Source of the DNA: Negaprion brevirostris
Lineage: Eukaryota
Assembly (NCBI GenBank): GCA_030324005.1
Contig: JARDVH010000001.1
Span: 92,569,456-92,629,699 of the forward strand
Direction of reading: 5' to 3'
DNA length: 60,244 nucleotides
The notes beneath the pieces are model-generated. The model was not told where the DNA came from and searched no databases. It saw only the letters and a list, made by a program, of their open reading frames with translations. The translations under genes were made by a program, and so were the position numbers. Positions 1 to 12,140 of the stretch are shown in pieces. Numbering within the stretch: the stretch's first letter is position 1; each line of letters begins with the position of its first letter.

Positions 1-1189
1 AAGAAGTGGCCAGTTCCTTCCCCCACCCTGACCCCCATCAACCTCTCACAAATAATTTCTTACTTTTTTTTGAATGTGGCTTTAAAAGCCAAAGCTAAAA
101 TCTCTTGTTCTTACATATCCTAATTCTGTTGCTTGAATTCTTAAAACCTTTAGAAGCTGTGAGGATATACTGCCTTTAGAAGCAAAAACAAGATCTCCAC
201 TACAGCAGCACCACTTCCCGGCATAGACTGACTGCCCATACTCGTGCACACTGATGTAATAGACTGATACAAATAAAAGGCAGAATGGAAGGTACAAAAC
301 AGCAAACAAGGCACTGCATTCCTAAAGCAAGCTCTCCTTTACCAAGCAGCACTCTGTGACTGGACTCTTTGTTTTTTTTTAATTTAAAAAAAAGCCGAGG
401 GCAGGAAAAAAGAAAGGGGGAAAAAATGGTGTCACTTTCTGTCATAGTCTATTTGTCTTTGCAACTTGTGTGTTCATTTACAAGCAGGACATTTGTCCAA
501 AGTAGGAGAAGGAGAAAGGTAATCATAAATGGCCAGGCTAGGCCAGTTAAATATTACAATCACATGTAGGAGGATGCTGGTAAAGTTGCTGTCTGGCCAC
601 GGATACCAGAGCTGTGTGGAAAAAAAATTATTCAATCAGTAAAGTTAATGACAAACTTGAAGTAGGCCCCAATGAGGACAAACCAGCTTTTGTCCTGTTG
701 GGGGCTGGAGAAGAATAATACTCTAATACAAGCTTAGCTCAACTTTTTACTCTGATGTTCACTTCTAAGACGTCTCCTATGTAGAGAAGAGGAGATAGCT
801 ATCATCAGAAATGATGCATTCATTACACTGGAAGTGGGAGGGGGAGGGGAAGGAGGTGGAGGACGGGGTACCGAATGTTACAGTGTACAATGGTGCAGAG
901 AGTCGCACATCTCATTTACATTGAGGTCAGGCATCCAATTTGGTGTAGGCATTTTGCTGTTGCATTGCTGAGCAAATGATTCTTCATTTACACTGTGCAC
1001 TGGTAGTGGGGCTTTCCAGTGTGGATGTGCATGTCAGTCAACTTCCAGTGGGTACATCATCCTAGCTGGTATGAAGGAGCATCGACCATCTCTCACATAC
1101 TGTACAATGTTAAAATGAGACACTTTTTGCCTGAGATTTGGTGGATGTAGAAGTTCCCCCAGCATTATCTGAAGGAGAGAAGGGGGGTT

Positions 1190-2400
1190 CGAACCACAGA
1201 AAAGTTACAACACAGAAAGAGATCATTCAGCCCATTGTGTCTGTACTGGCCAAAACAAGAGAGGAGCTAGCTGCTCACTCCAATCCCATTTTCAAGCACC
1301 TTCTCTGTAACTTGCAGCTTACAGCGCTTCAGATGGAGATCCAGGTATCTTTTCAATCAGTTCAGCATTCCTGCCTCAACCACCAATTCAGGTGGTGAAT
1401 TCCAAATGCCCATCACCCTCCGGGTGAAAAAGTTTTTCGTCACGTCCTCTTTAATCTTTCTAACAATCACCTTAAACCTATGCCCCCTAGTAACTGGCTC
1501 CTCAGCTAGTGGGAAACATCTTTCCTGTCCATCCTTTCTAGGCCTTCAGAATTTTGTACCCCTCAGTCAAGTCACCTCCTTAGCCTCTTCTGTTTTAGGG
1601 AAAACAATCCTTGCCTATCCAATCTTTCCTCTTGGCTGCCATTTTCAAGCACCAGTAACATTCTTGTTAACCTCCTCTCAGCTCTCTCCAGAGCAATTAT
1701 GTCCTTCCTACAATGTAGACCAGAACTTAGAACAATATTTCAGCTGCTCAATCTTTGTCCTTTTCCACAACTATGCTAAATTTAACTGTGTTATGGCCAC
1801 GATCCCTAAAATAGTCCCCTACTGTTACTTCATCCACTTACTCAGTTTTGTTTTGTAAGACTAAACCTAGAACTGCACCCCCTCTCATTGGCTTATGTGC
1901 TAGCTCAAAAAGTTCTCTTCAATGCAGTTCAAGAATCGTGTGTCCTCTGTGCCCTTCACACTGTTCATATCTCAATTTATATTAGGAAAGTTGAAGTTCC
2001 CAACTATTACTGCTTGATAGCTTTTGCTTACATATTTGCTGTGTTAATTCCTTCTCACTATTCGAGGGTCTACAGTACACTTCTAGATGTGTGGCTGCAC
2101 CTTTTTTATTTCCAACTTCAACTTATGTGGCTTCATTTGATGCTTCATTCAGTATATCATTCTGTCTTACAGTTGTAATTGATTCTTTAACCAGTAATGC
2201 TAAACACTCACCTTCCTCTTCACCCTGCCTGAAAACTCTGAACCCAGGGACGTTGAGCTGCCATTTTTGATCCTCTTTAAGCCACATTTCCATCACAGTG
2301 ATGATATCACGCTGTCATGTATCTATCTGTGCCCTCAACTCATTGATTTTGTTTGCTATACTCCTCATATTTACACATATATATTTTAACACTGCTAAAT
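1190..2400 (-). mobile_element. Degenerate CR1-type LINE (3' end plus endonuclease-region remnant)
   Basis: CR1-type 3' tail at ~1195-1235. gaccagaacttagaacaata at ~1718 is a degenerate EYCVQFWS motif on the minus strand. attaggaaagttgaagttccc at ~1981 reads GNFNFPN, the GDFNFP motif. Confidence 0.7.
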
Positions 2401-2442
2401 TCCTACACTGAACATGTGCTTCTTCTGTATTTCAGAGTCACT

Positions 2443-2569
2443 GACCACAATCTTACCACTGTTCACACCCCATCCTGCCACAATGAATGGAGGAGCTTTC
2501 ACTGGCTGCCAAAGTCTCCAAGCCCGCTGCAGCAGGAGCATGGTGTGAACGGCAGGTAAGATCATGCCC
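2443..2569. mobile_element. Short MITE (PIF/Harbinger-like)
   Basis: Imperfect ~27-bp terminal inverted repeats: acaatcttaccactgttcacacc ... ggtgtgaacggcaggtaagatcatgccc. Confidence 0.55.
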
Positions 2570-2649
2570 ACAACTTTCTATTTCCAGTTCTCGAATTTGC
2601 CCTCAGGTTCACCCCCCCTCGACCCCACACCCCCTCCCCACTCCATTCC

Positions 2650-3260
2650 TGCCAATCTAGTTTAAACCCTCATCAATAGCACGAGCAAAGATACTCATCC
2701 CAGTCCTGTTCAGGTGTCGACCAGCCGGCTCACCTTCCCCAGAACTGGTCCCAATGCTTAGGAAATCTGATCTCTCCCTCTTAACCCAGCTTTCCACCCT
2801 TGCAGCCACATGTTTAATTGTTTACTTCTCCCATTTCTATATTCATTAGCATGTGGGACTGGGAGTAATCCTGAGGTTACTGCTTTAGATACCCTGCTTT
2901 TCACTCCCTTTCCGAACTCCAAAAAATCTTCTTTCAGGACCTTGTCTCCTTTCTTACCCACGTCATTGACACCAACGTGGACCATGACCTCTGGCTGATC
3001 ACCTTACCCCAAAATAATGTCCTGTAACCGCTCTGCGACATCCTTGACCCTGGCATCAGACAGGCAACATACCATTCTGTAATCACATCTAGGACCACAG
3101 AAATGCCTGCCTTTCTCCAACTAATGAATTCTGGCCTATGGTGTGATCACTACCGAAACTGGAAGCACAATTTTGTGCAGCTGGTAATCCTTCCTGCACA
3201 TGTGTCATCTAGGAAACTGGAAGTGTCCAAGACTTCCCACATACAACAGGACACGTATGA
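2650..3260 (-). mobile_element. CR1 LINE ORF1 remnant (SGNH esterase-like domain)
   Basis: ORF 2758-2985, VHVGVNDVGKK...KSRVSKAVTSGLLPVP...LNMWLQGW, carries the HVGxND and SGLLPVP motifs typical of CR1 ORF1. Confidence 0.8.
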
Positions 3261-3322
3261 CCAAGCTGTCCTGCCATATATTAACTTTATTTCACTCTGG
3301 TTTAATAGATTAACTTCAAGTT

Positions 3323-3364
3323 AAGTTAATAAACTTGAGTTAATAAACTTAAGTTAATAAACCT
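3323..3364. repeat. 3 x 14-bp tandem repeat (aagttaataaactt)
   Basis: aagttaataaactt gagttaataaactt aagttaataaacct, read directly. Confidence 0.8.
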
Positions 3365-3594
3365 TACAACTATTGATAAACCTCACTAGCACTGAAAAAT
3401 CTGACTAATATTTAACATAGTTTACAAGTTGCAATAAATCTTACTTGAAGGATCTTTCTTATTTCTCCAATGCACCGAATTCCCTCATGAACCCCATTTG
3501 CTACTCACTCCTTCTCTGTCCCACTCAGGCTTAGTCTCCTGTCTTCTTATGCGTCCCTTACGATCCAAAGCTATCCCCATGTCCTAACTAATGA

Positions 3595-3755
3595 TTAACC
3601 CATGCTACTCATCATGTTTGTGGGGCATCATTGTGTGCAGATTCTGTGTCAAGTTTTCCTGCATTATAACAGTGTCTAAAGTACTTCACTGGCCATGAAG
3701 CAGTTTAGAACACTTTGAAGAGCTGAAAAACGCAATATGAATGTAAATGTTTTCC
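3595..3755 (+). mobile_element. DeuSINE (SacSINE1-like) 3' fragment
   Basis: tgtttgtggggc...ttcctgcattataacagtg...aaagtacttcactggc...gcaatatgaatgtaaatg resembles the 3' part of the copies at 6170-6310 and 38600-38800. Confidence 0.55.
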
Positions 3756-5724
3756 TACAGAAGTTTTTTGTTGGTGACATCAGTGTAAAACTTCACATCC
3801 ATAAGTACTTCATTTTTTTTCCTGAATATTACTTTTCTCTCCTATTATTCTCCATGTCTATCTCCTCCTTCCCTGAACCTCCATTACTTAAGCATATTTC
3901 ATTCGACCAACACTGGTCCCATTGCCCCGCTAAAAAAACAGTGCTGTTGGTAATTTCCTCGTGAGTTCTCCTGATGGTCCACTATAACTCCAGCAGATAA
4001 CTTGTTAATATAACTTTACAACAGCCAATCAGGAGAACCTGTGAGGAAGTTCCAGCAAGAGTGCTAGTACAACCAAGTTTAATCCTGTTGTCAGTCAGGT
4101 ATCGTCTTTACCGGTTTTATAGTTATTCTCCATTTACAGGATAAAATGCTCTGCAATTCAGTTACATATTAAATGATTTTCATTTTTCAGCTTCCAATTA
4201 CCAATTATTTGTCTACAGTTTTAGTTCTGCCAATTGCCATTGAATGTGATTGAGTGAACTGCAGATTCTCGATGTGCAGACCCTGGCAGCTACTCATGAG
4301 ATGCAACTGACACATTGTGCCTTTAACTTATTTCAACTCTCCTAGTAGCTACTCTGTCACACAGAAAAAAGAACAGACATCAGTACCTCTTTCTTCTAAT
4401 AGATTCCAATTCACTTCCCTCCCTGACCCCTAGTGACAGATTCTTACTGTCACCAGTGGAGTGAATGGATAAAATCAGTGAACCACAACAATTTCTTCGT
4501 AGACATGTAGTATCTGGTAACCACTGAATAGTAGAAGCATTTCTTACGTAGACTATTTCTAGCAGTTATTTAAAGGCATTCCAAAAAAAGAGAGCGCTGA
4601 GGCAATCTCCACTATCCTTGGCAGCTCCATTTCTACATTCCAGGCTACTTCCAACAGTAAAATCCAGGCTAATGTTTCAAAGAGACATTACAAGTTCAGA
4701 GATCCACTAATGTGATAGGATTTGCAATATAACGAACAAGGGGGAAATAATAACAACACTGCACTCAATTGAGTAGAACTTACATGATGCCAGCTACATT
4801 GAAAACTTATTGATACGTTAATTAAAATCAACCAACAGAAACTGCTTACTCAGCAATATTTACAGAGCAAGTGCTTCCAAATGACTTCATTGTATTCACT
4901 TCCTAATACAGAAACATCAGGGAACAAGGTGGAGAGTGGGTAGGTCAGAGAAGGTTACTGAAACAACTGTACATATTCATACATCAGACATTCGAACATA
5001 CAGCCCAATACCTGCTGAATTGTAAACTCTGAAATCTCACAGGAAGATATACATGGAACACAATGCACAAAGGATCAGAGCAACAGCACTGCCACATTTA
5101 ACATTACTTTCAGCCTACATATGCTGTGCAGGACCCAAGTTGAAATTCAATGACAACTCCAACCAGATTCTGGGAATCTTCAGCTGGTTGTTAAAAGGGC
5201 GAAAGAATCAAGAGGATTTGTTAATATTTCTATGATGGAATTGTCATGGTGATATAATGTCAGGGATTGTGTTTTATCAGCTGTTTACACAGAACTGTCC
5301 CTTTACACGATTCATTATGTCACTGCACATTGAATATGCCTCCAATATAAAAACAGCTGACTCTTCGCTCTGTGGAAACACCACTACAAAACCTGTAGCA
5401 GGTTCTGTAAGTGTTTTCCAAACAGATGACTTGGTAATCTAAACATCTGATCTAAAGATTAACAAAAAAACTGCTCTCTGCAGTTTTCATTTGCAATCAG
5501 AAAATCAGACCAATCACTTTCTGTCTAAAACCCCACCTTTGCCACGGGCTCATATACGTAAAGCTGCAGCAACCAGCAGCAATGAGTGATTTCTTGTAAT
5601 TTCCTCCTCTGTCAGAAACATTGAGAAGGTCATGAGACCAAGTCATGATAGATTGCCATCCTACAGGAGATAGCTGACTGGAACCCAATCACCAATCATT
5701 CGCAAAGTCAGTCTAGTTTCCTGA

Positions 5725-6310
5725 ATGCAGCATAGTGGGAGTGTTAAAGGTGTCGGCAGTAGGATACATGTTAAACTGAGAATCCCTCTGTTCTCTCAGG
5801 TGGACTTAGCCTTACAGCGCCAGAGAGCTAGGTTCAATTCTCAGCTTGGGTCACTGTCTGTGCGGAGTCTGTATGTTCTCCCTGTGTCTGCTTGGGTTTC
5901 CTCCAGTATCTTCCCACAGTATGAAAAATGTGCAGGTGAGGTGCATTGGCCATGCTAAATTCTCCCTCAGTGTACCTGAACAGGTGCCAGAATGTAGCGA
6001 TTAGGGAGTTTTCACAGTAACTTTCATCGCAATGTTAATGTAAGCCTACTCGTGACCCTAATAAAAAATTTAAAATGATCCCGTGGCATTATTTCGAAAA
6101 AGGGAAGGGGTGTTTTAACTGGTATGCCGGGCCAATATTCATCTTTCAACCAATATCACAAGAAACAGATTCTCTGGTCAATGACACAGTGTTGTTTGTG
6201 GAAACATACCCTTTAACTTACAATCCAACAGCACAGCAGGGACGACATTGCTGTAAAGCACCTGGGGATGTCCTGGCATTGCGAAAGATGCTATATCAAT
6301 TCAAGTTCTT
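5725..6310 (+). mobile_element. DeuSINE (SacSINE1/AmnSINE1-like), interrupted by a V-SINE
   Basis: Deu-domain-like gttaaactgag...ctctcaggtggac, then after the insert gatcccgtggcattatttcgaa...gccaatattcatctttcaaccaatatcac...gaaagatgctatatcaattcaagttc. Confidence 0.7.
5809..6067 (+). mobile_element. V-SINE (HE1-like core) with alternative 3' tail, 5'-truncated
   Basis: B-box ggttcaattc, V-core tgggtcactgtctgtgcggagt...tgggtttcctcc...ggccatgctaaatt, and tail ttttcacagtaactttcatcgcaatgttaatgtaagcctac + aataaaaaa. Confidence 0.85.
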
Positions 6311-6334
6311 TCCCCCAACCCCTCATTAAAATGA

Positions 6335-6785
6335 TAACATTATGGAGAATGGTTCCAAAAATGAGGGACTTTATTTATGTGGATAGACTGCAAAAGCTGG
6401 GAATATTGTAATGCTTAAGATGAGTGGCCTGGAAGAATAGGTAAGGAGAAACTGTTCCTATTAGCAGAAGGGTCAAGAACCAGAAGACATTAGTTCTTTG
6501 GCTATTCACCTTAAATCAAAGGTGACAGGAGGAAAAGTCTTTTTATGCAGTGAGTGGTAACGATCTGGAATGCACTGCCTGAGAGTCTTCTAAAGCAGAT
6601 GCAATTTTTGCTTTCAAAGGATAATTGTTTAATCATCCAAATACAAAGTAATTGCAGGACTGTAGGGAAATAGTAGGGAAGCAAGACTAACTGAGTTGCT
6701 CATGCAGGGAACAGGCATGGATACAATGGGCCAGATGATCCTCTTCTGTGTTGTAACCATTCCATGATTCTGTGATACTATGATG
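6335..6785 (+). mobile_element. CR1-type LINE 3' end
   Basis: tttttatgcagtgagtggtaacgatctggaatgcactgcctgag reads FFMQ*VVTIWNALPE, like the FFTQRVVxxWNALP motif. It ends in atgggccagatgatcctcttctgtg...atgattctgtgatactatgat. Confidence 0.8.
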
Positions 6786-7444
6786 AGTCGTAATTGCTTT
6801 CCATACGAACAAGAATTAGAAAATATCCTGATTACTCTGGAAGTTCAAAAGCACTAGCCTGGGAAAAAACTTGTCAGTAAGATTCACCACATCACTAGGT
6901 TCACGAATACCGGTTGCTATTCAAACAGGGTAAACATAAATCTTCCCATCAGCTGACCTTAAAAAAAATGACCAACAACATTTGGGTTGCTCCTGGTTAC
7001 ACAAAACCTGCAGTTGGGAACTAATGGCGTGAAAATGGACAAAACCTAAAATTCAAGTCACTATTATGCACCATTGCGCTCAGTCATCCAAAGCTTCATC
7101 TTCCTCAACAAACTGCTATTCTACTCCATTAGTAATCTATGGCAGTTCTCTCAATTTCCTACCATAACATCAGCAAGGGCTCAACTCTTAATGCTGCTTT
7201 TCTGGAATTTGGAGCTGGAAATTAGGCAATCACTGTAGAAAGTAGCTCATCATCTTTATTTGCCTTCCAAGTTGGTTAACTATCCATTCCGTCATGAGGC
7301 CATCTTTCATAGGTGGAGCATTTTTCAATCCCTCCCCACTCCAGCCTCTATTAACTCCCTGCTCTCCTGAAAATATCAATCTATGTTGCAGCAATCATCT
7401 GACTCCTCACCCTAGTAACAAGACACCTTACCATTGGACTCCTC

Positions 7445-7572
7445 GTCCTGGTGGCCATCAAACACAGGGACTGCAACAGTTCACCACCACCTTCTCAACG
7501 TCAATTAGTGATGTATAATAAACGCTGGGCTAGCCATCGATGCCCACATCCAGTGAAAGAATTAGAAAAAAC
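7445..7572 (+). mobile_element. 3' end of a non-LTR LINE (same family as 28495-28905)
   Basis: gggactgcaacagttc...caccaccttctcaa...aataaacgctggg...gatgcccacatcc...agaaaaaa resembles the reverse complement of 28495-28600. Confidence 0.6.
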
Positions 7573-9599
7573 AGACACCTCTTTTAATCACAATGGCACA
7601 TCTCATCCCAGCAAACTTCCAATACCACATCCTTGTAACCATTGATACATTTTCTTAATAACGATTGGATATCTTTTTCTAGTAACAATGGAACGCATTG
7701 TTCTACTTGGTCTAATCAGACCTGACTGGAGCAAGCTGCTGTTTTATATGGGCAGTTGTTTCTGTGAACCATAAATGTACAATTGCATCCCCCCAACCCT
7801 GTGACAACAGCAAGAGGTCGGCTGAGGGCAGAACTTGTGGTAACATTNNNNNNNNNNNNNNNNNNNNNNNNNNNNNNNNNNNTAGTAATCATCAGACACT
7901 TTGCCCTAGTAAACAACGGATATGTCACCTTAACAGCCATCAGATATCTCATGCAAAGTAGCATCTTGGTGTTTATGAGTATGCACAGTGAGTATTGGCA
8001 GAGTTGCTCAGCTGTGTGTGACAGCCAAGCCTGACCTTATCATCACCTGATGTTCACACACATGCACTTTGTCGCTAGTTCACCAGTCAAAGGATTTGTT
8101 ATCATATTAAAAACAGCAATTATGTATTGCAATAATTTTAATGAAGAACTGTAGTCCTGCTATAACAGCAGAGATTATGTTTCATACAAATCTCACTGCT
8201 AAAAATCGGCTGCTTAGCGTATAAAATAAATGCAATCTATAAAAATTACATTGCAATAATCCATGCAGTAATGATGCTGTATGAGTTTTCAAAACAGCCA
8301 GGAGGTCAATTATAAATTTATGCTCTACATATCTTTTTTTTTCAGTTACAATGCTGAATATTGATCAACATTAGAACCCAGAGTATTTATCTGTACAGTC
8401 AGAGAGAATAGGAGCTCATTCACTGTGAATTTGGATAATTCAGCACAAACCAAGTACTAAACTCAAGGACACTTCTCAGGACTGAACAGACACTTACTTG
8501 ACCTGTTCTGACAAAATGTTAGCTGATCTGTTCCCTCCACAGATGCCGATTGGCCTGCTGTATGCTTCTGTCTTTTTTTGCTTTTTGTTTCAAATTTTCA
8601 TTTTGTGTAGATTTTTTTCCTTTTTATCATCCTGGTCTGTCTGCTCGGTGTACGAGAGGCTGGGCATAGGTTCAATGGGGCTAAGACAATGGTTCTAACA
8701 TTCTAATAATCTCAATCTAATTAGACAACAGTTAAAGCAATGGTCTGTACTAGTCTGTGCTGCTTTATACAATGCAATATTTAACATTCACAGAAAACCT
8801 TTTTGGTATGTGCTGAATGATGGAACACATGAATAAAAAAACCTTGAAATGTTCAATCTGTGTGCAACACTCTCCTTTAGCAGCCAAGTGCTAAGGAATG
8901 AATCAACCTGTCATGGCTGCTCTTCCCTACGCCTAATGTTTATACACACTTCACCCAGTATGTAATTATATACCAAGTGTAGTCTATAATTAATGAAAGT
9001 GCGATTCAGTTAAATGTGGCAATGTTTCCTATCGCCACTTTAAATGTCTAACATGCTTGCCATCCCATTCACATCATGCTGGTGACATGGTTACAGGAAG
9101 GGTGATATTTTAATTTGAGCAGTTTTTAATGCTTTGATGCTGAAAGTTTTTTTTGTTGGCAGTATGTTAAGGAGTGCTCAGGAAAGTGAAACATACTGTA
9201 ACTCCAGCCACATCTGTTTTCATTGCATTGTAACATAAGAGCACCACATGGATACAGACTTTTATTATTCACACCAAATAAGGAGAGAGCAGCACAGCTC
9301 GTTCTAGCTGTTTACACCATTCAGAAAGCATTTCCTTCGAATCTTTCTACAGATACTACACTTGTCAAGGCTAAGTTCACAGTTCTTGCTTTGGGTGCCT
9401 GTCTTCTCCTGCAGTAATCAATATATGCAGTGTTTTATTTTATTTTGTGTGGATATTCAACTGAGATTTCCTGAGCATGTTGAGTCAGTGGTTTGCTGAT
9501 AATTAGCTGGAGTGATTAAATCTTTACCACAAAAACTGATAATACTTCAAAAGAGGACAGCTGCGGTATTCTCCTCCTCCCCTCCTCTCCTTTCAGGGC

Positions 9600-9955
9600 A
9601 AACTTTTAATGGCGCCAATCACCCACTGGTACTTTGCCCAGATGGTGATCATTGACGTGGGAACCCCCATGAAAGCGTTGTAGGCTATTTGACTAGAGAG
9701 CGCATCACAGCTGGATCCAATTCTATTTTAACCTGATACATGCACACATTTTGTTTGCACCACTTCCCTCAGGGGCACCACAATCAGAAACGGGAGTTCT
9801 GACTGAGATTCCCCTTTCTAATGTGGGAGGTGAGAAGCAGCACTTCAAAATTACCATAGCTGCGGTAAGCAGTGAGCAGGGATTGTAACCTGAATCTTTC
9901 ATGGATCTTTAAAACTCACCAAGTTGCTGGATAAAGTTGCTCAGCTACTGGCAGT
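9600..9955 (-). mobile_element. Old unclassified SINE-like repeat
   Basis: B-box-like caggttacaatccctg at the right end on the minus strand. The body aligns by eye with 26740-26900 (+), 7960-8085 (-) and 23230-23370 (+). Confidence 0.4.
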
Positions 9956-10195
9956 TGTGATGTTGATTTTATTGGTATTTGAATAAAAATGTAAGTTCTC
10001 ATTTTTAGGCTGAGACAAATGCTAAATGTGCACATTGCCTGACTGTCACAATATATTACCGGATATTTTGAAATCATTTTTATCCACACAAGTGAATCCT
10101 ATTTGTTCTTATTTTATATTAATGTAGGACAGTGTTAATATGGGAAACAACAAACAGGCTGTCGCAGAGTATAAATCTAAGAGTAAACCAACAGA

Positions 10196-10552
10196 TTTTT
10201 TTTATTCATTCATGGGACATGGGCGTCACTGGCTGGTTAGCATTTATTGCCCATCCCTAGTTGCCCAAGGGCAGTTAAGAGTCACATTGCTGTGGCTCTA
10301 GATTCACATGTAGGCCAGACCAGGTAAGGATGACAGATTTCCTTCCGTAAAGGTCATTATTGAAGCAGTTGGGTTTTTCCGACAATCAACAATGGTTTCA
10401 TGGTTATCAGTAGATTCTCAATTCTTGATTTTTTTATATTGAATTCAAATTCCACCATCTGCCATGGTGGGATTTGAACCGGGTCCCCAGAATATTAACT
10501 AAATTTCTGGATGAATAGTCTAGCAATAATGCCACTAGGACATCGCCTCCCC
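10196..10552 (-). mobile_element. tRNA-headed SINE, family 2 (full length)
   Basis: Minus strand begins ggggaggcgatgtcctagtgg (A box) ... ggttcaaatccc (B box) and ends gggatgggcaataaatgct...cccatgaatgaataaaaa. A second copy is at 26174-26523. Confidence 0.85.
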
Positions 10553-10647
10553 TTGCAGATAAGGCTAGAGTTTACAAAAACAATATAGGAACAAAATTTC
10601 AGGCTCTGTATCTGAATGCATGCAGCATTCGAAGCAAAACAGATGAA

Positions 10648-11143
10648 TCATAGAATCCCTACACTACAGAAATAGGCCATTCAGCTCATCAAGTCTGCAC
10701 CGACCACAATCCCACCCAGACTCCACCCCCATATCCCTCTATATTTACCCACTAATCCCTCTAACCTACACATCTCAGGACACTGAGGGCAATTTTTAGC
10801 ATGGCCAATCAACCTAATGGGCACATCTTTGNNNNNNNNNNNNNNNNNNNNNNNNNNNNNNNNNNNNNNNNNNNNNNNNNNNNNNNNNNNNNNNNNNNNN
10901 NNNNNNNNNNNNNNNNNNNNNNNNNNNNNNNTCTTTACCCACTAATCCCTCTAACCTCCACATCTCAGGACCCTGAGGGCAATTTTTAGCATGGCCAATC
11001 AACCTAATGGGCACATCTTTGGACTGTGGGAGGAAACTGGAGCACCCGGAGGAAACCCACACAGACACAAGGAGAGTGTGCAAACTCCACACAGACAGTA
11101 TCTGGAGCTGTGAAGCACTAACCACTGTGCTACCGTGCCGCCC
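10648..11143 (-). mobile_element. HE1-like V-SINE inserted in the CR1 relic (spans a 100-N gap)
   Basis: Minus strand head gggcggcacggtagcacagtggttagtgct, V-core, and CR1-type tail ...gtagggattctatga. Confidence 0.88.
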
Positions 11144-11596
11144 AATGAAAATAGGGATTAATAAATGCAGTCTCATGGCCATTGCAGAGACACGGCTGTA
11201 GGATGGTACAGATTGGGACCTGAATATTGAAGGGTGAGTGACCAATAGGAAGTGAGGAAAAGGTGGAGGGATGACATTAGTGTATTAACAGAGGGATAAT
11301 CCAAGTTCAAGAAACCAGGATACAGAAGCAGTTTTGGTAAATGTGAGAAATGATAAAGGGAATAAGTCACCTGTGGGGGTTAGGGGAACAAGTCCCCTAA
11401 CAGTGGTCACAAAACAGAAGAAATAGTGGGAACTTTTCAAAAAGTTATCATGATTAACATGGGGAACTTTAATCTGCAAATAGACTGTAAAAATCAGAAG
11501 GGCAAAGGTAACCTAGATAACAAATCCAACACATGTTTTTGGGATAATCTGCAAGATCAGCACTTTCTGGAGACAACCAGGAAGCAGACTACATGA

Positions 11597-12140
11597 GGGG
11601 CACAATTATCCCAAAACAATTTTTAAGTTTGATCTCCAGCGGGAGATCTCTCTGGCATCAGGGTCCCATTCTCAATGTCTGGCATCAGGTTTCCCCCACC
11701 CTCCCAAGCCTATCCCTCCCGAATGCCGGTATCAGCACCCCCTTCCCCCTCACATGAGTGAGTCCCCGTTATGAGGCCCCCCAGGGACCTTCCCATTCAG
11801 GCCCCAACACTTTAAGGCCCACCCCTATCCCTGGCCATCTGGAGCTCCAGACCCTGGCATGGTCATCATGTCTAGTGTCCATTTGTGGAGTTGTACCAGT
11901 GGTGGGTGAATTCCAGGAGTCGGGTGAACCTGGCTTAAAACAGATCCTGCATATTTAAATGAAGATTGAAATCAGTTAATCTGGTTCACACACAGTGAAG
12001 GTGTGAACGTAATTATGTCACTGGATGGGACTGGGGAGAATATCAAAAGAAGTTCTCCCCAGTGCAAATCACATTACGGTCCCTCTCACGAGAATGTCCG
12101 GCTATAATAGGATTTGCCTCTGTGCTCGTGGGGCTGGAGT
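11597..12140 (+). mobile_element. Non-autonomous DNA-transposon-like element (probably Harbinger-type)
   Basis: Interrupts the CR1 relic. Shares ggggcacaatt...ttaagt..atct and ctggcttaaaacagat..gcatatttaaat with the reverse complement of 15440-16063. Confidence 0.55.

Noticed and set aside
1406-1858. 150-aa plus-strand ORF
   Set aside because: It is the antisense of a CR1 3' end and has no protein-family features.
3323-3364. CRISPR-like or other prokaryotic array
   Set aside because: A simple 14-bp tandem repeat without spacers, in a clearly eukaryotic intron context.
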